In this document: piece by piece, positions 6,164 to 20,000 of the stretch
Layout of the letters: each line of letters begins with the position of its first letter
How positions within the stretch are numbered: position 1 is the first letter of the stretch
Origin: an uncultured virus (IMG/VR IMGVR_UViG_3300025853_000054)
Taxonomy: Duplodnaviria; Heunggongvirae; Uroviricota; Caudoviricetes
Strand: one strand, 5' to 3'
Length of the DNA stretch: 64,000 nucleotides
IMG/VR virus record: IMGVR_UViG_3300025853_000054
Made by a program: the position numbers and the translations under genes
The notes under the pieces: model-generated
Told to the model about the DNA's origin: nothing
The model's input: the letters and a program-made list of their open reading frames with translations, nothing else
Database searches by the model: none

Positions 6164-8080
6164 ATGGCAATAGTAAACTTCACAAATTTAGATTTTGATC
6201 AGATAAAAGCTACTATAACGCAATATCTAAGGTCAAACTCAAACTTCACAGATTATGATTTTGAAGGATCTAATCTGTCAACTATTGTTGATGCACTAGC
6301 ATATAACAGTTACATATCGGCATATAATGCTAATATGATAACTAATGAAGTTTTTATTGACAGTGCTACCTTAAGAGAGAATGTAGTATCTCTGGCAAAG
6401 CATATTGGATACTTACCAAGATCTAGAAACTGTCCTAAAGCTATTATATCATTTATTGTTAATCTAGCATCGGGTAACAGATCACCAACTTACTTGACAC
6501 TAAAATCTGGTATCATCTGCACAACCCAGGTTGGATTCAGTAAGCAAAACTATATTTTCTCTTTAAGAGATGATGTTGTTGCTCCTGTTATAAACGGGAT
6601 TGCAGTTTTTAATAATATTGAGATTTTAGAAGGAAGTCTAGTCTCACAAACGTTTACTGTTAATAGTATTCTTCCAAATCAAAGATATATTTTAGATAAT
6701 CCAAATATTGACACTAATACTATTAGGGCAGTCATAAGAAAAAGTGCTGAAAGTTCTGTTACTGAAGTTTTTAGTCTTTGTAAGGACTTTTGTGCTATTG
6801 GATCAGAATCTAAAGTATTTTTCCTACAAGAGATTGAAGACCAAAGATATGAGGTAATCTTTGGTGATGGAGTATTTGGTAGGAAACTGGAAGATAGTAA
6901 TATTGTAGAACTTTCTTATATCGTTAGTGATGGTGGCGAAAATGCCAATAATATTGACACATTTAAATATGTTGGTAAGATTTATGATAACAATAACAGA
7001 TTTGTAGATGCTGGAATTTCTTTAGTATCTTCTGATGGACCATCTCAAGGTGGTAGAAACGTTGAATCTATTGATTCCATTAAAAAGTTTGCACCTAGAT
7101 TATATTCTGCTCAAGGTAGGGCAGTGACTTCATCAGATTATGAATCTATAGTCACTCAGATTTATCCAGAAGCAGAATCAGTTTCTGTATTTGGTGGTGA
7201 AGAGTTAGATCCACCACAATATGGTAAGGTTTTTATTACTATCAAACCATATGAGGGAGAAATCTTACCAATATCAGTCAAAAATAATATTAAAGATTCT
7301 TTAAGTAAGTATGGTGTTGCTGGTATTCGACCAGAAATCATTGACCTTAAATACCTCTATGTTGAATATGATAGTAGCGTTTACTATGATATCAATAAAG
7401 TTGGTAGTGCAAATAGATTAAAATCAAACATTGCAGAATCTATTGAAAAATATGCAAACTCTGTTGAGTTAAATAAGTATGGTGCTAGATTTAAATATAG
7501 TAAGTTTTTAAAGATTATTGATGATACTGATACATCTATCACATCAAATATAACAAAAATCTCCATGAGAAGAGACCTAAAAGCATCTATCAATGCTTTG
7601 GGTGAATATGAGATTTGTTTCGGTAATGGCATACATGTCAATAACTTTGATGGTTACAATATAAGGTCTTCTGGATTTAAAGTCTCTAACTACATTGATA
7701 CCGTCTATATTACCGATATTCCCATGAGAGGGGGTATGGGTGAGATAATCTTGTTTAAGTTGAATGGAGGCGTTCCTGTAGTGCTAAGAAGAAACTATGG
7801 AAAGATAGACTATAAGAAGGGTGAGATTGTTCTATATCCAACCATTATTACCTCCACAGAAAAAATCAAGTTTAATACATCAATTATTGAAATCTCTGGA
7901 TCTCCAGTTTCAAATGATGTGATTGGATTACAAGATTTGTATCTTCAGTTAGACACTACAAATAGTGTGTTAAATATGATTAGAGATTCAATATCTTCTG
8001 GAGAAGATACTTCGGGATCATCGTATATAACATCATCAAGCTACACAAACTCAACCAGCGGACAGTATATAAGAAACTAA
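6164..8080 (+). CDS. gp6: Baseplate wedge subunit gp6
   Basis: LDFDQIK, FTDYDFEGS, FGDGVFG and RAVTSSDY motifs. Confidence 0.95.
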   Translation: MAIVNFTNLDFDQIKATITQYLRSNSNFTDYDFEGSNLSTIVDALAYNSYISAYNANMITNEVFIDSATLRENVVSLAKHIGYLPRSRNCPKAIISFIVNLASGNRSPTYLTLKSGIICTTQVGFSKQNYIFSLRDDVVAPVINGIAVFNNIEILEGSLVSQTFTVNSILPNQRYILDNPNIDTNTIRAVIRKSAESSVTEVFSLCKDFCAIGSESKVFFLQEIEDQRYEVIFGDGVFGRKLEDSNIVELSYIVSDGGENANNIDTFKYVGKIYDNNNRFVDAGISLVSSDGPSQGGRNVESIDSIKKFAPRLYSAQGRAVTSSDYESIVTQIYPEAESVSVFGGEELDPPQYGKVFITIKPYEGEILPISVKNNIKDSLSKYGVAGIRPEIIDLKYLYVEYDSSVYYDINKVGSANRLKSNIAESIEKYANSVELNKYGARFKYSKFLKIIDDTDTSITSNITKISMRRDLKASINALGEYEICFGNGIHVNNFDGYNIRSSGFKVSNYIDTVYITDIPMRGGMGEIILFKLNGGVPVVLRRNYGKIDYKKGEIVLYPTIITSTEKIKFNTSIIEISGSPVSNDVIGLQDLYLQLDTTNSVLNMIRDSISSGEDTSGSSYITSSSYTNSTSGQYIRN

Positions 8081-8084
8081 AAAT

Positions 8085-11000
8085 ATGGAAAAAGTATCTC
8101 TCAATAGTCTTGTAGAAAATCTTGTTCCCGAATATGTTAGGGAAGAGTATCCCCTGCTTGTAGAGTTTTTAAAAGAATACTATATCTCACAAGAAACTTC
8201 TGGACAATCTCTAGATCTTATTCAAAATCTGGCAGATTATGTTAAGATTGATAGTTTGACAAACCTAGTAGATTCTTGCAATCTAACTGCTAACGTTTCT
8301 TACTACGAGAAGGATATCTTTGTAGATACTACTAGAGGATTTCCATCCTCACAAGGTCTTATCCAGATCAATGACGAGGTTATTTTTTATGATAAAGCAG
8401 TAGAAGATGAACCTATTGAGTTTGTTGGTAAGATTGATATTGGATTTAATGAGATTACCAGCACTGAAACTGAGGATACTACATCCACTATTGGTTGGTA
8501 CGTAAGAGTTTATAACTTAGACGAATCCAAATTTATTGGTGAAGGACTTGTAACTGGCAACAATGATGGTAATAATATCAAAGTCAACTTTACACCAGTA
8601 CCTTCTTCAGATATTGAAGGATATGAAGCTTCTGACCTATACATCTGTAAGATTAACAGATCCAAGTTTACGGGGTGTAGAAGGGGTTTCTCGGGGGTTA
8701 CAGGACTAAAGGATAGTGTAACGTCGGATAAACTGATTTTCACATCTACAAAGGCATCTAAGCATAAGAATGGTGATGTTGTATCTAACTTAAATAATAT
8801 CTTATTAAAAGAGTTTTTTAGAAAAATAAAAGTTCAGATTGCTCCTGGATTTGAAAATCAAGAGTTTTATGATGAAATTAATGAGTCAACTTTTGTAAAA
8901 AATATTAAAGACTTTTATAGATCTAAGGGTTCTGAATGTTCATTTGAACTATTATTCAAAGCACTATATGGAAAGCCAGTAGATATTGTTATTCCAAGTA
9001 ACTATCTGATAGAACCTTCCAGCTCAAGATATTCTATCACAAAAAATCTTATTGTAGAACTTCTTGAAGGTGATCCAAACCATCTGCAAAATAGAACATT
9101 ATATCAAGATACCCAGTTTAATATCCCAAATACAAGAGGTATTATTACAAAACTGGAAAAACTGCAGAAAGATAATAAAGATTTTTATCGTCTATACATT
9201 GATAGCTCCATTGAAGAAAACTATGATTCTACATATGGAAACTTTACTATTCATCCCAAAACTAAAAATACTGTAAAAATAGAGAGAAATCAATCATTTA
9301 TTGATGTTGATTCAACCATTGGATTTCCTCTTAGCGGAACTTTAGTATTAAAAGATGACTTTAACATAGAATACCGTGTAGAATACACTTCCAAAACATC
9401 TACACAGTTTTTGGGATGCACTGGATTATCAAAAGATTTTGAAGAAAATATTGATATTAATCTAGATGCATATTCGTATGTTAATACTACATCTGGTCAA
9501 GTTAAGGTACGAGTAACAGGCGTTCTTGATAATGGTATTGAAACGACCATATTGCCATCTGTAAAAAATTTAAAAAAAGACGATTATCTGCCAATAAAAA
9601 CACTTGGCGCTGAAATAAAAAATGATCCAAGATCTTCTTCTTGGATTTATAATGTCCCTAAAACTTATGAAGTAAAATCTATTGAGTTGTTAGATAACAC
9701 CGATTTTGCTTACAGAGTTTATTTTTACGAACAACATGATCTATCAGTCGGTCAGAATATTACTCTAGATCCAGTATCTAACAGTTCTGATGCTTATAAT
9801 GGCACTGTTGTTGAATGGAACAACCAGTTTTCTGTTATTGTAAGAGGTAGTAGAGTATTCCTAAATGAAAATATTAAATATGATTTAAAGAAAAGACTAA
9901 ACAAATCAAACTTTGATGGAATAATCAACTATCCAGCTGATGTTCAAAATACTTATTATGACAGAAAAACAGGTGATATTTATGTAAACTCACAATCTTT
10001 ACCACTTTATAGACCATCTTTTGAAGTTGAAGAGTTAAACGTAAATAAAAGAATACGTGCATTTTCTGGTATCTTCAAAAATGAAGACACTTTAAATATT
10101 GGTAAACATGGGTTTATAACTGGAGATGCTGTAGTATACAAACCCAGAACTACTTCATATGTTCCAAGTTATACTCTTGATGCAAATGGTGTAAGAAGTT
10201 ATAAGTTTATTAATAATGAAACTGGAACTTATGAGAATAATCCGACTTTGGTTTTAATCAGAGGTAAAAAGTATACCTTTAGAAATGTCATGAATCAACA
10301 CCCATTCAGGATTCAGGTAGAGTCTAATGGGACAGTTAGTGACCAATACAATGATGGAATTAAAAATAATGATGTAAGTAATGGGGTATTAGTTTGGGAA
10401 GTCCAAGAAGATACCCCAGATGTTTTATATTATCAATGTTTGAACCACCAAGCAATGGGCGGTGTAATCAATATTATTGATGAAAATCAGCAAAAATCTT
10501 TGGATATTGATAAAGGAATATATTTTATTGAAAAAGTATCACCAACTCAGATCAAACTTTATAGAAGTAGAACAAATATACTTAAAGGTCAGTCAGTATC
10601 ATTTAGTGGTGTCGTTATCCAAGATACTATTGAATCATATGATTATGTTTACAAAAATCTTGATAGTAGAAAGATAGAACCTCAAGATATCATCAGAAAA
10701 ATAGTTCGTCATCCAGGAAATGAAAATTCTAATGATCAGTCATCAAAGATTACTAAATCGGGTACTATAGGTATTTGGAGAAATGGTATTGAACTGTTAA
10801 ACTACAAATCTAAAGATTTTATTTCTTATGGTAAAATAAAATCCGTAGATGTTATTTCAAAAGGTTCTGGTTATGATGTAATCAATGTTCCTCAGTTAAG
10901 AATTAGTGATTCAAACGGTTCTGGATGTGTATCTAACATTTCAGTAAAAGGTTATTTAAGTAAAATCGACGTATTAGATAAGGGATTTGATTATATTGAA

Positions 11001-14000
11001 ACTCCAGTGATAACAATATCTGGTGGTAATGGAACTGGAGCAAAAGCAGAAGTAGAACTTGAAAAATATGTTCATTTTTCATCTTTTAGTGCTTCTGAAG
11101 TGGATCTTGTTAATGATAGTATTGGTTTTTCTACTTATCACAAGTTTAAAAATGGAGAATCTATTCAATATGAAACTTTGGGTCAAGTAGCTATTGCTGG
11201 TTTATCGACATCTTCATATTATTTTGTGTCTATTGTTGATAGTTACAATGTAAAGTTACACAAATCTCAATCTGATGCTTTAAATAACAGAAATGCGATC
11301 AATCTGCATCAAGTTGGAACTGGAAAACACAATTTAAAGTCTACAAATAGAAAAAATAGAGTAAAAAGAGTAAATATTTCTCAATCTGGATATAGTTATG
11401 AGAAAAAATACAGATCTTGCTCATCATCTGGGATTAGTACATATAAAAATTTGATTGAAATCAAAGATCATGGATATAAAAGTGGAGAAATAGTCACTTA
11501 TAATCCAAAAATTGCTCCAGTATCTGGACTTTCATCTGGAACAGACTATTATGTACTAAAAAATGACAATGATTCTTTCAGAATATGCAATATTTCAGGA
11601 ATTTCAACACAAAAGGACATTTTTTATAAGCAGAAAAAGTATATTAACTTCGATGGATTTGTAGAAGGCGACCATACTTTCAAATATCAGGATATTGTAG
11701 TCACAATTGACGGAAGATCTTCATTAAGTCAGGAAGATCTCAATGTAGATACAAATGCTAAAATAAGACCCATTTTTAGTGGAGAAATTGATAGTGTTTT
11801 TATTGAAAATACTGGTGAAAAGTATGGATCTGAAGTTTCAAACTTTGTTTCTCAACCAAATATTGATATTTTACAGGGCAGAAATGCTAGATTAAAACCT
11901 ATTATTAAAAATGGTGAGATTATTTCGGTAATAATCCAAGATCCAGGAAAAGAATATTATTCTACACCAGATATTTCTATTATTGGTAGTGGAGTTGGTG
12001 CAAACTTGATTCCAATCGTGAAAGATGGTTATATTTCTGATATTATAATCCAAAATCCTGGAATAGGATATAAATCTGAAGGTACTCAAGCACTTGTAGT
12101 CAATAGAGGACGATCTGCTAGTGTTTCTGCAAATATTCAGACTTGGAGAATAAATCTTGTCGAGAGATATGTTTCGACTGGATTGATTTCGCCAGAAGAC
12201 TCTTTCTTATATGAAGGAAAAACAAAATCAAGAGGCATTCAATATGTTCATGCCTATGCACCAAGAAAACTTAGAGAGATTTCTCTTGCTAGTAGATTCT
12301 TGAATGGCGTTGAAGTTTTCAATCCAGATTTAGAACTTATTAATGGATCCGAATCAGTTTCTTTGTCACATTCACCAATTCTTGGATGGGCATATGACGG
12401 AAATCCAATCTATGGTCCCTATGGTTATTCATCACAGACTGGTGGTAGAATAGTCCAGATGACTTCAGGATATACATTAAGAACTGATCTAAACAAAGAC
12501 AAAAATAGACCAAATCTAATAGATTTTCCAGCTGGATTCTTTATTGAAGATTATACGTTTACTGGAAATAGCACATTAGATGAACATAATGGAAGATATT
12601 GTGTTACTCCAGAGTATCCAAATGGTGTTTATGCATATTTCTGTACTATAAACACTCAAGTTGACGCAAATGGATTATTTAAATCTTATAGAAAACCCGT
12701 TTTCCCATATGTTATTGGAGATACATTTGTTTCTTCTCCTACAGAGTTTAACTTCAAATCAACATCAACTTTAGAATACTTTGATTTAAATACTTCAGAT
12801 TTGATTAGAAATACTGCCCCATATAGTTTGCTGGCAAATACTATTGATTATCCATTTTTAAAATATGATAAAGCGTATAGAAATCAAAACGCAATCGTAA
12901 AATCTACAAAGTTTGGATCAGTAACTAGTGTTGGCATTGTTACTGGTGGTTATAACTATAAAGTTGGAGATAGAGTTGTATTTGATGGGCAAATTGACAC
13001 CTTTAAAGCAAAAGGTAGGGTTAGTAAAGTAAAAGGAGTAGATATCGAATCTGTCAGTTTACTTCACAATGAATCGAAAACATGTAATATCATAAAAAAT
13101 AGTAAACTATTTACTGCATTTACTGCAGACCCACATGGTTATACTACTGGGGAAAGTTTATCATTAACATTTAATAATGAGTTATTAACAACAACTGAAA
13201 TAGATGTTAAGTATAACATAATAACATTAAAGCAAAATCTTGATATTCCTGCAGTAACTGGAGTTTCTACTCATATTTCTGTTGCAACTTTTTTTGATTC
13301 GATTTATCCAAATGATGTTTATCAAAATGGTATTGAAAAAATAAAGATTTTAAGAGTAGAACCTAACAAGTCTAGATTATTAGTTCAAAGAGAATATGAT
13401 GGTTCTATTGGAACATCTCATCAAGCAGCTTCAGGATTTGTTGAAGTTCCAAGAAAGTTTACCTTTAGTCCACAAAATTCGTTTATAACAACAAGTTTTA
13501 CAAACTCTCTAGAAAATCCATTATATTTTATCACCTCGGAAGATGTTGGACTGAATACAGTAACAATCAATATGAGTAATCATCCTCTTGTTACTGGAGA
13601 TTTGTTGGAGTATTCGAATGAAGGTGGGACTTCTATAACTGTAGAAAATGAAAATGGAGCATTCTTACTTTCAGATGCTGAACAGATTTATGCTGTAAAA
13701 ATAAATAGCAACTCGATTGGTTTGACAACCATATCTTCTGGAATTAGCACAAATCCACAACTATTAGTATTCACCAATGTTGTGCCAGAGATTCAGAGTT
13801 TAACACCAAGATATCCAAATATTTTAGAGTGTGATATTTCAGATGATAGGGTATTAGTTACTACAAGTACTCCACATGGTCTTTCTGTTGGAGATAGTTT
13901 TGATCTTCATGTAAAATCAGGTATTTCTACAACTTATAAAGTAGAGTATAACAAACAAAACAGAGCTGTTATCGTCGGAAGAAGAGATTTTGAGTCTTCT

Positions 14001-17000
14001 GATGTAAATACTTTAAAGAACTTCATTACAATTAGAAACCATAAGTATCAAAGTGGACAAAAAGTAGTATATCTATCATCCAATCCAGCAATATCTACTG
14101 GATTAGAACATGATAAGGCATATTATGTGTCTGCTATCACTCCCGATAGAATCAAGTTAGCAGAGCAGAAATACGATGCTCTCTTGGGTATAAACTCTGT
14201 AGATATTACAGCATCTCTTGCTGGGTCAATATTACCAATAAATCCACCACTAGAAGTTGTAAAATACTCAGATATTATCTTTGATCTTTCCGATTCTTCA
14301 TTATCAATCGATGATGAAAGAGAAAAAGAAGCATTTGATTTTAGATTATATTGGGATCATATGTTAAACCATGAGTTCTATACAAGTGCAGAACAGCGTT
14401 CATTTGATCTCACGTATAACGGTTCTATGGGCATCTCAAGTGATGCAAAAGCAACTTTAAGAAATAGTTCAAATCTACCAAAAGAGATTTATTACAATCT
14501 AGTTCCAAAGAAGAGATTTGGAAATAATGTAGAAAATCTTGAACTTTATGTTTATGAAAATAGATCGGATGATGGATATATTAATAACTCGATTAACATT
14601 ATTGATAGTAAGTTTTCCAATACATTTAAAATCAACTCAAAAACATCAAACACATTTACGGCACCTATGTTTGATGCCCCAGAAAGATATGAATATACTT
14701 CTGGTAGAGGGAATGCTCTAAACTATTTCATCAAATCTTCAGTTGTTGAAGGATCTATTGCTGAAGTTGAGATTCAGTCTAGAGGTGAAGGATATAAGAG
14801 TATCCCCAAAATAGATAAGATCGTTTCAGAAAATGGTAGCGGTGCCATTCTAAAAGTTGAAAGTGATAATATTGGTCTACCATTAAGTATCGAGTTTGAC
14901 GATATTGGTTATGATTATTATTCTGATAATACTATTAGACCCTCATCAAAAACTCCCACAATTATTGAGTTAGATTACTTATCTTCTGTAAAAGAAGTTA
15001 AAGTTACCTCACCAGGTAAAAACTATTCTACTGCTCCAGATATCATTATTATTGATGGTTTTACGAATAAGTTAGTAGAAGATTTGGAGTTTAAGTATGA
15101 TATATCTTCAAGAAAAGTTGATATTATCAAAAATACATATAAATTATCCGAATATTCTCCAAAAATCCTTACTATAAACAACTCAAATGGCATTGGAATC
15201 AATACCATTACATTTAATGATGTCAATAAGCATGTAACCGTAGAACTTTCTCCAACATATAGTTTCCTACAAGATTTTCCATTTGAGATTGGTGATAAAG
15301 TATTAGTTGAAAATGTAAGTGTTGGTATTGCAACTACTGGTACGGGTTATAACTCAGAAAACTACAACTATACTACATTTACTATTATCGATAGAGATCC
15401 TGCCCTTGGTGGTATTGGAGCAACTGTTACATACAGTCTAGAAAATCTTCTTGGAGATGGAGAATCTCCTGGTAAGTTTAATGTTTTCAACTCGGTAGGG
15501 AGAATAGTTCCATTAAAATATTTACCAACTTTTGAAATTGAAACTCAAAAGACTAAGTTCTTTAGCAATGAACCAGTTGTAGGAACTTCTGGTGCAAAAG
15601 GAAATATTCAGAGTATTGATTATGATAGAGATATTATTAAAGTTTATACACTAGATGATTTTAAAGTTGGAGACGTTCTTAGAGGATTAGTTTCTGGAAG
15701 AAGATCTAGAGTATTAAAAGTAACCTCAGATGAGATAGATTTTCCAGTTACTTCTGGATCTGTAGTTAGAAATGGATGGTCAACAAGAAAAGGTTTCTTA
15801 AATGATCCAGAGCAGAGAATACATGATAGTGATTACTATCAATATTTCTCTTATTCTGTAAAATCTGAAGTTGATTATGAAACTTGGAATCCATATGTTT
15901 CAAATTTAGTCCATACTGTAGGATTTAAAAAGTTTAGTGATATTTTAGTTCCATCAGAACCAAACTCTTTTGTGGGAATAGAAACTATTCAATCATCTGG
16001 AGATATTAGTGGTATTGCTGATATTCATCGAGTCATTGATATAGATTGCTACCAAGACTTTGATAGTGTTACAGAAACTACATCTATCATAAATGAGACT
16101 AGAAAGTCTAAGGAAGTTATTCTGAGATCTAGACTATTACAAGATTATATTGAGTCCGTTGGTAATAGAGTATTAGAACTAGATGATATTTCTTCGGAGT
16201 TTAATCAGGCTGTAAGATCTACAAGATATTCAACTATTGATGCATATGAAAAAGTCGTTGGATTTAGAAAATACTTTGTTATTGTTGAAAATATTGATAA
16301 TCCATACGAAAGACAAGCAGGTGTAGTTCTACTACTCTCTGATGGTCTAACTGTATTTAATGTTGACTATGCAAAATTATTCCCGCAGACAACTATTGGA
16401 GATTTTGATGCGGAGATTTCTGGTAATGAAGTTTTATTGAGATTCTTCCCAATCAGTTATAAAACAACAAACTACTTAGTTTTTGTAACTTCTTTAGAAA
16501 TCGATGCTTCTACAGTTGGTGTTGGATCAATATCAGAATCAGTTCTTGGAGATGCTGTTCACATGTATTCTGAGCAGATTCCAAGTATTGGTCCTGGTGA
16601 ATCTGAGGTCTTCAGATTATCGCTGAATGATACTACTAACAAGTTGATTATTCACGTTGGTGCTGACAATGGATATGTACAGACAGAAGAGTTGATTATT
16701 ACCAATGATGGTACAGATCTATACATAAATGAATATGGATTTTTAAATAGTTCTGGTGGTGGTTCTAATAGTACCCCAGGTATCGCCACTTTCACATATT
16801 CTATAGATGGATCTGAAATCATTGTAACTGGCGCATTTGACTCACCAAACTCAAATGATTTCCAAGTGGATGCATCTATTACAGCATTTTCCTCAACAAA
16901 TACTGGCATAGGAACTGATGCAGTAAATGGTGCGCTACTAGAGACTACATATACTTCTTTCCCCGCATCACCAACACCAACAGCAACTACATTATCATCT

Positions 17001-20000
17001 TTTGGCGGTAGATATGATGCAACTTATATGATTGCTTCTGTACAAGATCTAACTAATGGTACTCACTTTGCAGAAGAGTTCGTTGTAATGTCAACCTGGA
17101 ATAAACAGGTCGATTATGTTGCTTCTATCGTTTCTAGTGGAACTGATACTGGTATTGGAACATTTGGTGCAATATCTAATGGAGTTACTTGTAGTATAGT
17201 CTTTACTCCAGAACCAAACATTGATGTTGACGTTAGAACTTTTGAGTACAAGATTGGATACTATGATGAAATAACAACTCCAGAAAAAATCATTGATCTT
17301 GGAAACATGAGAGTTGATTCTGGATTTGGCGATTATGAAGGAACTGAGCTTTCAATCAGAAAATCATTTGAACTGTATCATAAAGAACAACCATTATTCC
17401 AAAAAAATATTAATGCTACTCAAGAAAGTGAACTTGACATTGATAATAATATCATTAGTACACCTGGACATTATTTTGTTACTGGAGAAGAGTTAGATTA
17501 TTCATATAGATTCTCTGATGTTGGATTAACTGATAATGCCATTTCTATTGCATCTACCACTGTTCCAGGAATAGGTCTTACTGATAAACTACCCACAACG
17601 GTATATGCTGTTAAAGTAGATGAGTTAAGTATTCAAGTTGCAGCATCTGCATCAGATGCATTAGCATTTAATCCAAAAATCTTTGAGTTTGCATCTTTGG
17701 GGATTACTACAGATCATAGATTTACATCAAAAAAACAAAATACAAGAACTCTGATTAGCTTAGATAATATTGTTCAATCTCCAGTAGTTTCATCTGGAAC
17801 AACCGCTATATTGGCAATAGATTCAACTCCATTTAATGCTATCCTTGAGTTTGAAGATGTTGATGGATTCCAAGGTGGAGATCTGATTCAGATTGATGAT
17901 GAAATCATGAGAATCTTTGTTATTGGATTTAATGATAATCCAAACTTTGTTTATTGTATAAGAGGATTTATTGGTACTAAGAGGAATACTCATCCAGTTG
18001 GAAGTCTAGTAACAAAAGTAACTGCAAACTATAATATAGTTGGTAATACCATTTATTTCCCAGAACCGCCTTTTGGAAATATTCAATTTGAAAACTCTCT
18101 CAACAAACCAGATGAAGTTGATTACTTTGGTATTGATGTGAGATCTAAGTTTAATGGTAGAGTTTTCTTAAGAAGTTCTTCTTCTGGGTCTCAATATGGT
18201 CCATATACCAATAACTTTATCTTAGATACAGTATCTGATCAGTTTAATGGGTATGATCATGAGTTTGCTATCAAAAGTCTTAGCAATAATGTGACAGGCA
18301 TTTCATCCCTAAATGCTGCAGTTCTTGTTAATAATGTTTTCCAAATTCCAGATGGTCCATTTAATAATGGAAACTATTCACTGCTGGAAGTTGGCGGTGA
18401 AACTAAAATCAAGTTTACTGGATTTAGTAGCACTAGTTATTATGACATTAACCAATCTGGTTTGCCCAGAGGCAGAATCATCCTTTCAGTTGGTTCTACT
18501 GCTGGACTTGGTTATCAACCTTTAGTTTCTGCTGGAGGAACCGCTACAATATCTGGTACAGGATCAATTTCTAATATTTCTATTGGAAACTCTGGTTCTG
18601 GATATAGATCTGGAATCCAAACTCATGTCAAGATTGGTGTTGTAACAACATCTTTAGATTCTGATATTGAATATATTGGATTTGCAACTGTTTATAATGG
18701 GTCAGTAGTTTCTATTGCTATTACAAATCCAGGAACTGGTTATACCTCATCAAATCCACCAGAAGTTATATTTGATGATCCAGAACCATATTGGAATATT
18801 CCTCTTCAATATCAAGCACCTTCTAGCGGACTTGGAACTGAGGCATATGTAGATCTTGTCGTAAGTCAAGACTCTAGTATTTTTAACTTTGAGGTAAGAA
18901 ACTATGGTTATGGATTTAATGTTCGTGACCTATTAACAGTTCCCGTTGGTGGTGAGACTGGTATTCCAACTACGTCGGATTATGGTTCATTTGAATACTT
19001 CACCATTATTGTGGATCGTTTATATGCAGATGATTTCTCTGCATGGCATTTCGGAGAGTTGCAACCTATTGATTCTATTCAAGACCTGATTGACGGAAAT
19101 AGAAGATTCTTCCCAATCTTTATTAATGGTCAACAAACAACTATTAGATCAAAACCAGGATCTGGTATTGAAGTTAAATCTACACTTCTAGTATTTGTAA
19201 ATGATGTTCTACAAGTTCCAGATGAAGGTTATATCTTTGAAAATGGAAGCGTTATCGAGTTTCCAGTTCCTTTAGAAATAGGAACAAAGGTAGATATTGT
19301 ATTTTATAAAGGTTCTGGATCAGTTGACACTAGAAATGTAGATATTGTTGAATCAGTCGAAGAAGGTGACCTATTTACTATTAATAGCGATAATCCATTA
19401 TATGCACAAAATGAGCGTCAAGTATCTGATATTGTGAATACAAATACAGTTGAAACTATTGCATATCCAGGTCCAGGATTAGATAAAAGCGAATCTATTG
19501 TCAGATCTATTGCTCTCTGCCAACAAAAGCATGATATTGCAGTGAATGGTAGTTATGTTGGAAAATCTAGATCAAGTTATGAGCCATACATGTCTCCAGT
19601 CGCAAAAGTGATTAATAGTGTCAATACAACTTCAACAGATATTTACGTTGATGGTGTTAAGATTTTCTTTGATGATCTTAGAGAATATTCTACTGATCCA
19701 ACAAAGAAGCAAACGATAACAGTAGTGTCACAAGAACCCATCGTTTCAGCTGCTGCAACTGCTATTGTTTCTGCTGCTGGAACTATTACTGGTGTCGTTA
19801 TTAGTAATAGTGGTCTTGGATATACGTTTGCACCATCTGTATCTATACCAAACTCAGATAATCAAACATTTACAAATAAGAATAACTTTTATACTAACCA
19901 AACAGTTCTACAAAGTAGTATCACTAATGGATTAGTAGATTCAATAACTGTTGTTTCTTCTGGATCTGGGTATACGACAACAAATCCACCACAAGTCATT

